Assembly (NCBI GenBank): GCA_963706955.1
Contig: CAVPOC010000002.1
Location: forward strand, 96,001 to 160,000
Origin: an uncultured Verrucomicrobiae bacterium
GTDB taxonomy: Bacteria; Verrucomicrobiota; Verrucomicrobiia; Chthoniobacterales; Terrimicrobiaceae
DNA length: 64,000 nt
Reading direction: 5' to 3'
Shown: positions 51,922-61,551 of the stretch, in pieces
How the letters are laid out: each line of letters starts with the position of its first letter
How positions within the stretch are numbered: the first letter of the stretch is position 1
The notes under the pieces: generated by a model
The model's database searches: none
The model's input: only the letters and a program-made list of their open reading frames with translations
What the model was told of the DNA's origin: nothing
Position numbers and translations under genes: made by a program

Positions 51922-52654
51922 GAGCGCCGGCCCGTTGTTAAAAGAGAACCACCATCTGGTCTGGGCGGCAAAATCTCCTTGGAGAGCAAGATCGAAGGTT
52001 TCCGGGGACGGTAGACTTTCGAAAATTGGCTCGCAAAACCCGAGAATGCTTCGGATCGACCCATCGGGATGATCAAACGTGGACGCAACTGGCCGACAAT
52101 CGTGCAGCCTATCTTCATCTGTAAGCCCCGCCGGCAATCCAACCGGCATGAACAAGATATCGACCGGTCCGATTTGCTGCACTTGCGCAGGGGTGAGCCG
52201 ACGCTGAATGTTTCCTAAATAGCAGAAGCGCATTCCTTCGAGTGGCCAAGCAAAAATCAGATTCAGCTCGCCGCTGCTCGCCTCGGGATTGTCGTATGTT
52301 GGTATGCCGCGAATCCGTAGCCCAGCGGCGTTATTCGTCCCGATTCCTATCGCTCCTCGAAAGGTGGTCGGCGAGTTGTCAAAAGCATCGACAAAATTGG
52401 CATCGGAGCGTTCCGTCGAAACCAGCAGAACATCAGGACGCAGGCCGCGTGGCAGAACTCGCCCTGTAGTCCCGGGAGCTATATGGATTGGTAAGCACCT
52501 TCTTGCCAATCGATGAGGTAATCACAAACGTTTCGTGACCGAGCCAGTCTACCCGAACGTAGCGGGAACGAGCCGGAGTCGTTTCCTCCGGTCCTGCGCA
52601 GCCCGCAAGCATCCAGCAGAAAAGCCAGCCGTAAAGGAGATGATTCCAGCGCAT
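51918..52654 (-). CDS. MBL-fold lipoprotein, frameshifted, with degenerate metal ligands
   Basis: Lipobox LAGC; WLGHETF, TNPY, PDVLLVS, NLIFAW..GMRFCYLGN, DILFMPVG and PRLIIPM across three frames. Confidence 0.7.
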
Positions 52655-52778
52655 AGAGGAAGACTGCGAAAAATTTCCCGGCTATCTAAACAGCGCAAGT
52701 CTGGCGAGGCAAGTAGCGGCCAATGCACCGCAAAGGAATTGCATCTCACTTCGTGCCGTCCATATTGAGCGCCCGAAC

Positions 52779-54093
52779 ATGACCAGACCTGCCGAGAAAT
52801 ACTTTTCTTTGATCGAAGAGAAGTTGACGTCGGACTATGCGGGGATGTTCCGTGAACCCGGCGGAGCCCTCAAACATCCATTCCTAACACCGGGCAGCGA
52901 CCAGTATGCCGACGTTCTCTGGGATTGGGATTCGTGGCTGAGCAACGTCGCCCTCCGACAAATTCTCGCCAAAGTCAGGCAACAGCGTGGAACTGGATCG
53001 AGCCAGGCCTTACGAGCGCGGCTGCGTGCTCAATTTTCTCGAATTCGGCGGCATGGACGGCTGGATTCCGATCCTCTCCGGTCGCGACGGTTTTCCAAAG
53101 CCCGAGCACATCTATGAGGAAAACATGCGCAAGCCGTGCCTGGCTCAACATGCCGCCTTCCTTATCGAGTCTGACGGGGGCGACGCGGAATGGCTGCGGC
53201 CTAAATTCTATTTCCTGCAAACCTTCCTGAACAACTATCGCCACCATCACCGGCATTCCTGCGGGCTCTATTTCTGGCAGAACGACCTCTCGATCGGGGT
53301 GGACAATGACCCGTGCACCTATTATCGCCCGCCGCGCAGCTCCGGATCCATATACCTCAATGCTCTCATGTCCAAAGAGCTCGAAGCGATGGTCTATCTT
53401 TGCCGGCGCCTTAGCTTGGACGAAGTTGCCGAGCATTACCGAGAAGGACGCCAAGACCTGCTCGCCGCCATCCACGAGCATTGCTGGGATGAACGCGACG
53501 GCTTCTTTTACAGCGTCGATCTCAACCTGCTGCCGGTCGAATCGAAGCGCACATTCGGCCTGCATCAAGGAATGCCACGGGACTGGCCGTGTTTGATCCA
53601 GCGCATCGGCGTCTGGTCAGGATTTCTCGCACTCTGGGCCGGCATTGCCACACCGGAACAAGCGCACCGCATCGTCCAGGAACATTTCCACGATACCAGG
53701 ACCTTCAACGCGCCCTTCGGCATCCGCACCCTCTCGCGCATGGAAAAGATGTACAACGTCCGGGCCACCGGAAATCCATCGTCGTGGCTCGGACCGATCT
53801 GGGGCGTCTCGAACTACATGGTCTGGCGTGGATTGGTCAACTACGGCTTCCGCAACGAAGCCGAAGAATTAGCGACCAAGACCGTTGAGCTCTTCGGCCG
53901 CGACCTGGAACGCTTCGGCGCGCTTCACGAATACTATCAGCCCGACAACGGCGAACCGATTCTCAACCGCGGCTTCCAAAACTGGAACTATCTTGTCCTT
54001 AACATGATTGAATGGCTCAAAGGCAACACGCCCATCGCCGAATTCGGCATGGGCGGGGCCCTAAGAGGCCCTGCGGCCGGCTGCAGCTCGTGA
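52779..54093 (+). CDS. GH63/trehalase-like (alpha/alpha)6 glycoside hydrolase, frameshift near 52975
   Basis: LWDWDSW, IGVDNDP, CWDERDGFF, WLGPIW and LHEYYQPDNGEP. Confidence 0.85.
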
Positions 54094-54102
54094 CCCATCT
54101 CA

Positions 54103-54345
54103 TCCGCAGATTCCACAGATTACACAGATGGAATGGGGAGCACACCCGTCCTCGCGTGACCAGTGAGGCGTCTCGCCTCACACCAGAACTATGATAATAA
54201 CAGAGACTCTCTAAGCCTTGCCCTTTTCCCATTCACACCCTTTCTCGAACGAGCGCCAACGGCGCGACCTCATTTCAGCCTGGGGCAACGCCCCAGGAAT
54301 GACACACACCGCCCCAAAACTAGCGCTGAAAGTGCGACTCATCCA
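54103..54345. repeat. Cluster of three intergenic repeat types
   Basis: CACAGAT-type 9-mer triplet (54103-54131); GGAGCACACCCGTCCTC REP (54135-54183); GCGCCAACGGCGC and CCTGGGGCAACGCCCCAGG hairpins (54251-54297). Confidence 0.65.
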
Positions 54346-54827
54346 AAAGACTATCGCCTAGATCGGCACCGAACGGCCTCTCGACTTGCACGCCCACACT
54401 CCGCTCTCAAATAAAACGAGCTTTACCTATACCACCAAGCTTGAATAGATGACAACTTGTCAGCACATCAACTAGGACTAAGCTTTTCACAACCAAAAAG
54501 AGCATTCGTCGCAGCATGCTTGTCGCATTAGGTGTAAACGCAGCCGATTCCGATCACAACCGACTGCCATCGCTTCACTTCGCCCTTCAAGGGCTTGCGA
54601 GTTCGGATAATGCTTGGCGCAGTACATGTCGAATCACAATGGCCGCCGGAACTTACCTCCACCGGACGAGAAGCCGTATTCTACCTATCCGTGAAACAAA
54701 CGAAGTTACTCCTTACGATTCCCGATATAGTGAACTTTAGTCCATCTACACAACGTTCGGCGCGGCAAAATGGACTTTCCAACCCTCGGCCGCGACTTAA
54801 ATTTGTGAATCCTACCAGGCAAAGAAC

Positions 54828-55637
54828 ATGCGGCAATTAGCGATCATTACGGGCGCGACGCGCGGCCTTGGGCTTGCACTCACGCAGCGGCTCCTCGCCG
54901 AGGGCATGCGCGTTGTCGCAATAGGACGGCGGCTGGACAATCTGAAGAGCCAAAAGGAGGAATATGGCTCAGCGTTGCGAACGATGAGCGCCGAGCTGGG
55001 AACCCATGATGGTATTCGCGCTGCGAGTTGCGACCTCCGGCAGGTCGTCAAGGGAGAGCAGGTGCATTACTTGGTCAATTGCGCTGGTATCATCACGCCG
55101 ATTGGTCCGATTACCACCATAGACTTGGCGGATTTCTTGCAGCTCATGAATGTCAATTTCTTCGCCGCTTTCCAACTGATCAATGTCCTCATACCGCAGT
55201 TCGCCGACGGAGCGCGCGTGCTAAGCGTTTCCAGCCGGGCAGCTGAACTGCGTTTGCCCGGACTCGGTATGTACTGCGTCAGCAAGGCCGCCTTGGAGAG
55301 CCTTACCGGTTCCTACCAGGTAGAACTCGCCAAGGTGAGCGTGTCGACCTGTATTCCGGGGGAGGTCGATACCGACATGCAATCGGACTTGCGTAGCGGT
55401 CCCCAGTCCCCGTCAAGCGACCCAGACAGCTTGGGTGGATTCTTCGACCAACAGTTCTTCCTTAAGAACAAGACGCGTCTGATCCCTCCGGCGATTTCAG
55501 CGAGATTTTTGTACTGGCTCCTGACCGGCCCTGATAGCGAAGAGTTTGAAGCCAAGAGGCCTTGGACAATCTATGATCAGGAAGTGCAGCCCAGGTGGCT
55601 GGAGAAGGGTGAAGCGTTTTCTTACGAGTGTCCTTAG
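54828..55637 (+). CDS. SDR family oxidoreductase
   Basis: TGATRGLG, VNCAG, SS, YCVSK and PGEVDTDMQ. Confidence 0.92.
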   Translation: MRQLAIITGATRGLGLALTQRLLAEGMRVVAIGRRLDNLKSQKEEYGSALRTMSAELGTHDGIRAASCDLRQVVKGEQVHYLVNCAGIITPIGPITTIDLADFLQLMNVNFFAAFQLINVLIPQFADGARVLSVSSRAAELRLPGLGMYCVSKAALESLTGSYQVELAKVSVSTCIPGEVDTDMQSDLRSGPQSPSSDPDSLGGFFDQQFFLKNKTRLIPPAISARFLYWLLTGPDSEEFEAKRPWTIYDQEVQPRWLEKGEAFSYECP

Positions 55638-55715
55638 ACTCTCGACTGGCGGCGGGCAGCCTGTGGGTAGCACTCGCTTGTTTCCTTATGAGCTGAAGAG
55701 AAGCCTGATTATGTG

Positions 55716-55747
55716 GCCGAACAAGGCGCTGAGCTACGACGTTCGGA
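55716..55747 (+). other. Internally deleted attC site
   Basis: GCCGAAC-AAGGCGCTGAGCTACGAC-GTTCGGA has complementary core sites only 32 bp end to end. Confidence 0.55.
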
Positions 55748-55754
55748 ATAGAAT

Positions 55755-56008
55755 ATGTCCTGGAACTCGAAAGAACCTCGCTGGCAAGGCGCCAACAAAC
55801 CGAGAATAGCGCCCACCCAATTCGTAATCAACAGCTCGGAGTTTGATCGGATTCCCGACGGGCAAGGGACGATGAACTCGATTTTCCACAATGCGATGAC
55901 TGCGGCGTCTCTCGTGGGAATTTGCATCTGCTTGGATGTGACCTAAAGCACTGCCCTCGATGCGGCGGACAGGCAATCTCATGCGACTGCTTTTACGAAG
56001 ATGATTAG
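55755..56008 (+). CDS. Integron cassette gene, small Cys-rich (probably Zn-binding) protein, frameshift near 55867
   Basis: Adding one G to CAAGGG gives ...RIPDGQGDDELDFPQCDDCGVSRGNLHLLGCDLKHCPRCGGQAISCDCFYEDD*. Flanked by attC sites. Confidence 0.7.
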
Positions 56009-56018
56009 AAACAGGAAG

Positions 56019-56087
56019 TCCAAACCAAGCGGTGCATCGAATCCCTGTCCCTCCCGGACTTGGGATCGCTGACCGCCAACGTTAGGC
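56019..56087 (+). other. Integron attC site
   Basis: TCCAAAC...GCGGTGCATCGAATCCC...GGGATCGCTGACCGC...GTTAGGC, a 69-bp imperfect palindrome. GCGGT(G)CA pairs with TGACCGC leaving an extrahelical G. Confidence 0.8.
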
Positions 56088-56099
56088 CGCTTCGCACGC

Positions 56100-56425
56100 A
56101 TGTCACAGCAGAGCGACTTGGCAGACGGTTTCTACGCCCGACTGAGCACCTGCCCGGTCGCTTCAGCTCAGCTTGTGCGGGAGTTGCGCAGTCGGTGGGG
56201 TGCGGGGCACGGTGTCGGTTAGTGCATGGTTTTGTTCGCGAGGTAGCCACGTGCCTCTTGCACCACGATGACGTTGAGGTGGGCGACGTGAGAGGCGGCC
56301 AGTTCGTTTCTTGGTCGTTGCCAGCGTGGGATGCAGACGAGAGGATTGACGCGGAGTTGATGGCGATGGACAGATTTCTCGACGACGAGAGTCAGTATGT
56401 ATTCCGAAAGACACCAGCGGCCTAA
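56100..56425 (+). CDS. Integron cassette gene, hypothetical protein, frameshift near 56220
   Basis: ATG 13 nt after the attC (MSQQSDLADGFYARL...) joins VHGFVREVA...FRKTPAA*; the TAA stop lies inside the next GCCTAAC. Confidence 0.65.
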
Positions 56426-56497
56426 CCATGCGCTGCAGCGAACCCGCCTTCGCGCTCCGGTTGCAATCCACGCGTCTCATGGGCCGGGTCGCTGAGC
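56420..56497 (+). other. attC site truncated before R'
   Basis: GCCTAACCATGCGCTGCAGCGAACCC...GGGTCGCTGAGC has L arms with an extrahelical G but no GTTRRRY end. Confidence 0.7.
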
Positions 56498-56520
56498 CTA
56501 CCTCTGGACAACTGACAACT

Positions 56521-56677
56521 AGGGGTCAGTGTGCATAAAGGTATTACTAACAGATAGGGTTGAGGGCAGAGATTGGTCGGGCAGGGATTGAAGGCGGCGG
56601 GGCTAGATCGGCAGGATTCGAGTGGGAAGCTAATGGCTTCAAATGAGATGTGTATGTGATTATGCACACTGACCCCT
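56521..56677. mobile_element. MITE-like 157-bp element
   Basis: Perfect 18-bp terminal inverted repeats AGGGGTCAGTGTGCATAA / TTATGCACACTGACCCCT; no coding capacity. Confidence 0.65.
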
Positions 56678-57045
56678 GACTGGCGCCTGACTGGCGCGAG
56701 AACACCGGCCGTGAGGAGGAGGTAGCAGACATTTCATGCGCGAAGTATCAGAAGACGAAGTGGTCGAGATGGCTGGGAATCCGACTGTCCGGTGCTAGGC
56801 AAGGAAGAATCTGACGAGATGGACGCTGTTTGTCTGAAGCAGTTTCCTCAGGGATACGTTCTTGGAATAAGCGACAAGCATGAAGATCTGAAGTTATTGT
56901 TCACTCCGAGTAGAGAAGAGGCGGAAAGTGGTATCAGCATTACAGAGCACGCCTGCGGGAATTCGGAACCCCGTTTGGCGGACCTACCTGACGCCTGCGC
57001 CAACCGAACTTCATTCCCCAAACTTCGCGCCGGAGATAACGATCC

Positions 57046-57949
57046 TTAAGGAGGTGGGGAGTTGATCTTTTCGACGACGAGCAGATCGGCAGGATAGGCA
57101 GGGACTGCTGGCAATGTCTCCTCGGTGCAGCCCAGAGTCGGCGCGATAATCCTCCGCGGCAAAGCGGCCAGGGCCCCGGTAAAGCCGATGTCCTCCGGTG
57201 TCGTATTATCGAAGAAGATAAGGAACCGCAGTTCGTCATCGCGGAGGTTCTCAATATGATGAGGATAGCCCTTGGGAATGAAATACATATCACCGGGGCC
57301 GAGCAGATAGGTATCGACGCTGGCGCCTGGACTTAGCAGCGTCATGCGAGCATTCCCCTGAAGCACGTACCCCATCTCAGCGGTTTGTGGATGCCAATGC
57401 GGCTCCCGCATGCCGGTGCCGAGAAGCCGCAGGGAATACATGGCGAGACCTTCCAGAACCGGCCAGAATTGCTTCCGCGCCGTCCGGGCAGAGCCGAAGT
57501 TTGTCGCGAGCATCGGTGGCAGGCTTTCCACCGCCAGCTTGTAATGATTCGAGAACCCCGCCGCCCAGGGGACCTCCAGAGTGCCCTCATACTTACCGAT
57601 GACGACATCCTCCGGCGAGTATCGGATGCCCGTTGTCGCGGTTTGAGAAATGCCCAACGTATTCCCCATTACATTAGCGTTCATGCACCCAACGGCCCCG
57701 GACATGCCAAAGTCCTCCGGTTCATGATTAGAGAAGGCAACGAGAAACTCTGCGTTTTCCCCGCCAGTATTGACGATGGCATGTAAATAGCCGCTAGGCA
57801 CAAAGAACATTTCCCCCTCGGCGATCGTAAAGGTGCCATGTTGCTCAGCAGGGGAAAATTCGTGCGATTCACCGACGTCCGGCTTCCAAGTCATTCGAAA
57901 ATTGCGGGCGGCTCGTGCCCAGAGGAAACACGTGTTTGGACTTCTGCAT
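57046..57949 (-). pseudogene. Oxalate decarboxylase-like bicupin with internal deletion and frameshift
   Basis: MQKSKHVFPL...NFPLLSNMA jumps directly to HGTFTIAEGEMFFVPSGYLH. The second cupin (MREPHWHPQTAEMGY...PKGYPHHIEN) is intact. Confidence 0.8.
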
Positions 57950-58336
57950 GGGTGCGTGTTTAGGCCGGTGCCGTCCCGATGGCAAGTTTGGCAATCGATT
58001 GCCAATAGTCCAAAGACGTTTCCCTTCGCCGGATTAGACAGGTCAAGGCTGGCTAGTTAAGCTCAACAGAGCAAAGGTTCGACCCGATTAGAGATCTAAA
58101 GATATCGTTCTCCGAGGATAGCGGAGAAGTGGTATCAGCGCTACATAGAGCGCCTGCATGAAGCCACGTTCGGCTTACAAAGAGTGAGGAAGGCTCCTCA
58201 CCATGCTCTGCGGCGAAACCGCTCCGGCCAATTCCTAGACTTAGGATCATAGCCGTCCGTGAAGACCGCCTTTATGCTCGGCTGCCACGATCTGGAGCCG
58301 ACGTCCTGCGCGACGAAAAATGGGGTCAGACCTTGA

Positions 58337-59861
58337 CGGGCTGTTGCCCAAATCAGCCCATTCTGGCGTGAAAAATGCTTAGGGATGGAGTTAGCTATGA
58401 TGGGCCATTGGCAGAAGCAGACCGAGCTGTGGGTGGAACCGATAAACTTAGGCAGACGAATTCCGCCAGATCATTTGCTAAGAAAGATCAATCAGGTACT
58501 CGACCTCGGGTTCGTGCGCCGCGAAGTGACCGGCTTTTACGGGAGCAATGGCCATGTGTCGGTCGACCCGGTGATCATCATCAAGCTGATGCTCCTGCTC
58601 TTTCTCGACGATGTGCGCAGCGAGCGCGAGCTGATGCGGATTGTGCCGCTGCGCTTGGATTATCTGTGGTTCTTAGGCTACGGGCTCGAGGATGAGATCC
58701 CCACTCACAGTGTATTGAGCAAAGCGCGCAAGCGTTGGGGAGCCCAAGTCTTTGAGCGGCTCTTTACCCGGAGCGTCGAGCAGTGTGTTGCTGCGGGCCT
58801 GGTCGATGGCAGCAAGCTGTATCTTGATGCCTCTCTGGTCGCGGCGAATGCGTCCCGCAACTCAGTCATCGAGGTGGTGGTTCGGCGCGAGGTGAGTAAG
58901 CTTGAGGAGCAGGAGCAAGAAGAAGACCAGGACTCCGGCAGCAGCGGGGGCTCGGTCAATCGAAAGCTGCGCAGCACCACCGACCCTGACTCGACGGTGG
59001 TCCGGCACCAGCAGGGCAGGCCGACTCCCTCCTATAAGAATCATCGGGCTCTTGACGACAAGGCGGGAGTGGTGACGGCGATCACGACAACGACGGGAGC
59101 TGTCGATGAAGCCAGCGAGTTAATCGAGCTCATTGAAAGACACGAGCGGGTCACCGCTGCCAAGACCAAGGTGGCGGTAGCCGACAGCCGCTACGGCAAT
59201 ACGGCTAACTTAATTGCTTTGGCACAGCGTGAGATTCGGGCGCATGTGGCCGATCTGCGCAGCAAACTGCGCAATGCGCGCAGCCAAGGAATCTATCCGC
59301 CAGAACACTTTGTCTATCAGCCCGAAGCGGACTACTACACGTGCCCGGCGGGAGAGATCCTTTACCGGCACCACTTTGTTGCCAAGCGCGGCTACTATGA
59401 ATATCGGCCGAAGCGGGGAACCTGCGCGAGCTGCAGGCTGCGACAGTTCTGCACGCGTGATAAGAACGGTCGCACCCTCAAGCGCTACGCGGGCCAGGAG
59501 CTTCTGGATAAAGCGCGCCAGCAATCCCATTCCCCGCAAGCGCGCTCTGACCGCATGCGCCGGCAATGGTTTCAAGAGCGCAACTTCGCCGAGGCCGCCG
59601 TGCAGCACGGCTTTAAGCGAGCCCGCTGGCGCGGACTCTGGCGACAAAGCATTCAGGATTACCTCATCGCGGCCATTCAAAACCTGAGGATCATCGCCAA
59701 AAACCACAAGCATCTACTCCTCGCGCTTACTCGGATACTGGCTAAGGCCAAACTGCTTCCAATCTTTTTCGCTGCCGACCATTGATCGCGGCATCGCTTA
59801 ACCACTCAGAGTCACCTGCCTAAATTTTGCCACAAGCTCATCCTTTTTGAGCAACAGCCCG
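58337..59861 (+). mobile_element. IS1182 family insertion sequence (1525 bp)
   Basis: IRs CGGGCTGTTGCCCAAA / TTTGAGCAACAGCCCG (15/16 match); 4-bp direct repeats TTGA at 58333-58336 and 59862-59865. Confidence 0.9.
58385..59785 (+). CDS. IS1182 family transposase
   Basis: IPPDHLLRKI, SEREL, WFLGY, LDASLV.ANAS, TTDPDS, ADSRYG, CPAG..C..C..C and QNLR. Confidence 0.93.
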   Translation: MELAMMGHWQKQTELWVEPINLGRRIPPDHLLRKINQVLDLGFVRREVTGFYGSNGHVSVDPVIIIKLMLLLFLDDVRSERELMRIVPLRLDYLWFLGYGLEDEIPTHSVLSKARKRWGAQVFERLFTRSVEQCVAAGLVDGSKLYLDASLVAANASRNSVIEVVVRREVSKLEEQEQEEDQDSGSSGGSVNRKLRSTTDPDSTVVRHQQGRPTPSYKNHRALDDKAGVVTAITTTTGAVDEASELIELIERHERVTAAKTKVAVADSRYGNTANLIALAQREIRAHVADLRSKLRNARSQGIYPPEHFVYQPEADYYTCPAGEILYRHHFVAKRGYYEYRPKRGTCASCRLRQFCTRDKNGRTLKRYAGQELLDKARQQSHSPQARSDRMRRQWFQERNFAEAAVQHGFKRARWRGLWRQSIQDYLIAAIQNLRIIAKNHKHLLLALTRILAKAKLLPIFFAADH

Positions 59862-60094
59862 TTGATTTATGACCTCGATCTCCTTCTGCAGAATGTTGAA
59901 AGCGGGTCGAGACGGGCATCCGCCCGGTTGCCGCCGAACAGCTTGAACGAGCCAGAAAGAAGATATAAGGGCTACACCGCCCGTTGCCAAGACAGCCGCG
60001 TTGAGGCATCCGCTGCAGCCGACCCTTCCACGGTTTCATGCCGTTGTTTCTCGATTTTCCCGAGAAATCCACTACCTGCTTCGGGCGAGATATC

Positions 60095-60679
60095 ATGTCA
60101 TCTCAGCGTTTCAGCCATCGAGTAGTGATTATTCTTCTAATCTGGTGCCTATCGGCGGCGCTTGTCGGAGTTCTTGGCGTCCTTGCTTCCGTGCACCCGC
60201 CCCTTCCGCAACTGATCTTGTTTGGCTTAGTCGCGCTTCTCCTAATAGCTTACGGGTTATCAAGCGAATTTCGCCGCTGGCTTTCTTCCATTCCTCTCAA
60301 ATGGCTTGTTTGCGTGCATTTAGTTCGCTTCGTAGGCTTCTATTTTCTCTGGCTGTATGAGCACGGGCAATTGCCTTTCGCCTTCGCGGTCCTAGGCGGT
60401 TGGGGGGACATCGTGGTGGCCACCCTTGCCCTTGTCCTGTTGGTTCTGCGGCCTCGATCTCGCATGATTTATCAAGTCTGGAACACGCTTGGGTTCGCAG
60501 ATATCCTCTTTGTTGTCAGCACGGCGACGAGATTGGCTCTCGAGGACTCCGCGTCCATGGCGGCACTTCTTCGCTTTCCGTTGAGCCTCCTCCCCACGTT
60601 CATTGTACCCCTAATTATTTTCACCCATATCGTGATCTTTCTACGATTGAAAAGCGACCCACTCAATAGGGCCCGTTAA
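60095..60679 (+). CDS. Hypothetical integral membrane protein
   Basis: About six transmembrane segments; H.VRFVG, LP..FA..GGWGDI, WN.LG..D and FPLSLLPTFIVP pattern. Confidence 0.8.
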   Translation: MSSQRFSHRVVIILLIWCLSAALVGVLGVLASVHPPLPQLILFGLVALLLIAYGLSSEFRRWLSSIPLKWLVCVHLVRFVGFYFLWLYEHGQLPFAFAVLGGWGDIVVATLALVLLVLRPRSRMIYQVWNTLGFADILFVVSTATRLALEDSASMAALLRFPLSLLPTFIVPLIIFTHIVIFLRLKSDPLNRAR

Positions 60680-60884
60680 TCCGAAGCCCCAATTTCGATT
60701 TCATATGACGTTTAGATGGACCGGCGTAATCCGCGTCAAGGATCGGCCAGATCTGGTTCTGCTGCGTCCTTGAATGGGCGGGCAAGGCCACCCTTACCGA
60801 CTTGCAAGGCGCATCAACGCTTCTGGAAGGTTAAAGACCTGACCGGCCGGGGCCGGGAGCTATCTCGTCGACGCGAGGCACGCC

Positions 60885-61244
60885 ATGAAAAAACGATCGG
60901 AAATTGCGGACATTGATGCGTATATCGCAGCTGCCTCACCGGATGTGCGCGACATCCTTGAACGGATACGGCAGGTCGTGAGAGTAGCGGTTCCGGCAGC
61001 CACCGAGACGATCAGTTATCAAATGCCAGCGTTTAAGCTCGATAAGATGTTCTTCTATTTCGCCGCATTTAAGAAGCACATCGGCGTTTATCCGCCCGTG
61101 AAGGGGGATCGCAAACTCCAGAAGAAATTGCTTCCCTATCGCGGCGACAAGGGCAACCTCAAGTTCCCCTTGCGAGAACCGATTCCCTACGAACTGATTG
61201 GTCGGGTCGCGTCAGCATTGTCACGGGAGCATTCGAGATCGTGA
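60885..61244 (+). CDS. DUF1801 (YdhG-like) protein
   Basis: IDAYIA...LERIR...P.ATETISYQMPAF...FAAFKKHIGVYP...KGNLKFPL. Confidence 0.88.
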   Translation: MKKRSEIADIDAYIAAASPDVRDILERIRQVVRVAVPAATETISYQMPAFKLDKMFFYFAAFKKHIGVYPPVKGDRKLQKKLLPYRGDKGNLKFPLREPIPYELIGRVASALSREHSRS

Positions 61245-61267
61245 GTGTTGGCGAGCTTGACCCGCGC

Positions 61268-61327
61268 TGTAGCGGCGGTGTCCCCACCGCCATGAGACCG
61301 CCTGACCGTGAGGACACGGTCGCTACA
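61268..61327. repeat. GTAG-type REP doublet, copy 2
   Basis: TGTAGCGGCGGTGTCCCCACCGCC followed by GACCGTGAGGACACGGTCGCTACA. Confidence 0.8.
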
Positions 61328-61431
61328 AAATGCGCTCGCACTCTTTCCAAATGCTGGGTCTGCGCGCCGTGGGCGATTGTTGTTGGGACATCGATATGTC
61401 TAAGGTTCGATTATTCCATTCGAAGGTTTAC

Positions 61432-61461
61432 AATCTGCGTCGATCTGTGTCCATCTGTGGA
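61432..61461 (-). repeat. CACAGAT-type short tandem repeat
   Basis: Reverse complement TCCACAGATG GACACAGATC GACGCAGATT is the same family as 54103-54131. Confidence 0.6.
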
Positions 61462-61551
61462 GAATCCCCCGTGCGCTTGAAATCCATGGATCCTATGTCC
61501 GGACATGACCACGGATCTGTGACAAGAATCTAACCCATCGCTTTTGCTCAT

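Noticed and set aside
50662..52509. 615-aa MBL-PurD fusion in the ORF track
   Set aside because: Caused by frameshifts in the upstream MBL gene; PurD has its own ATG at 51921.
56737..57049. Small ORF after the MITE with an AGGAGG-like sequence upstream
   Set aside because: Needs a frameshift to join and has no recognisable motif; not supportable as a gene.
59930..60030. Further attC (GCCGAAC and GCTGCAGCCGACC fragments)
   Set aside because: The pieces are not correctly spaced and there is no complementary right arm or GTTRRRY.
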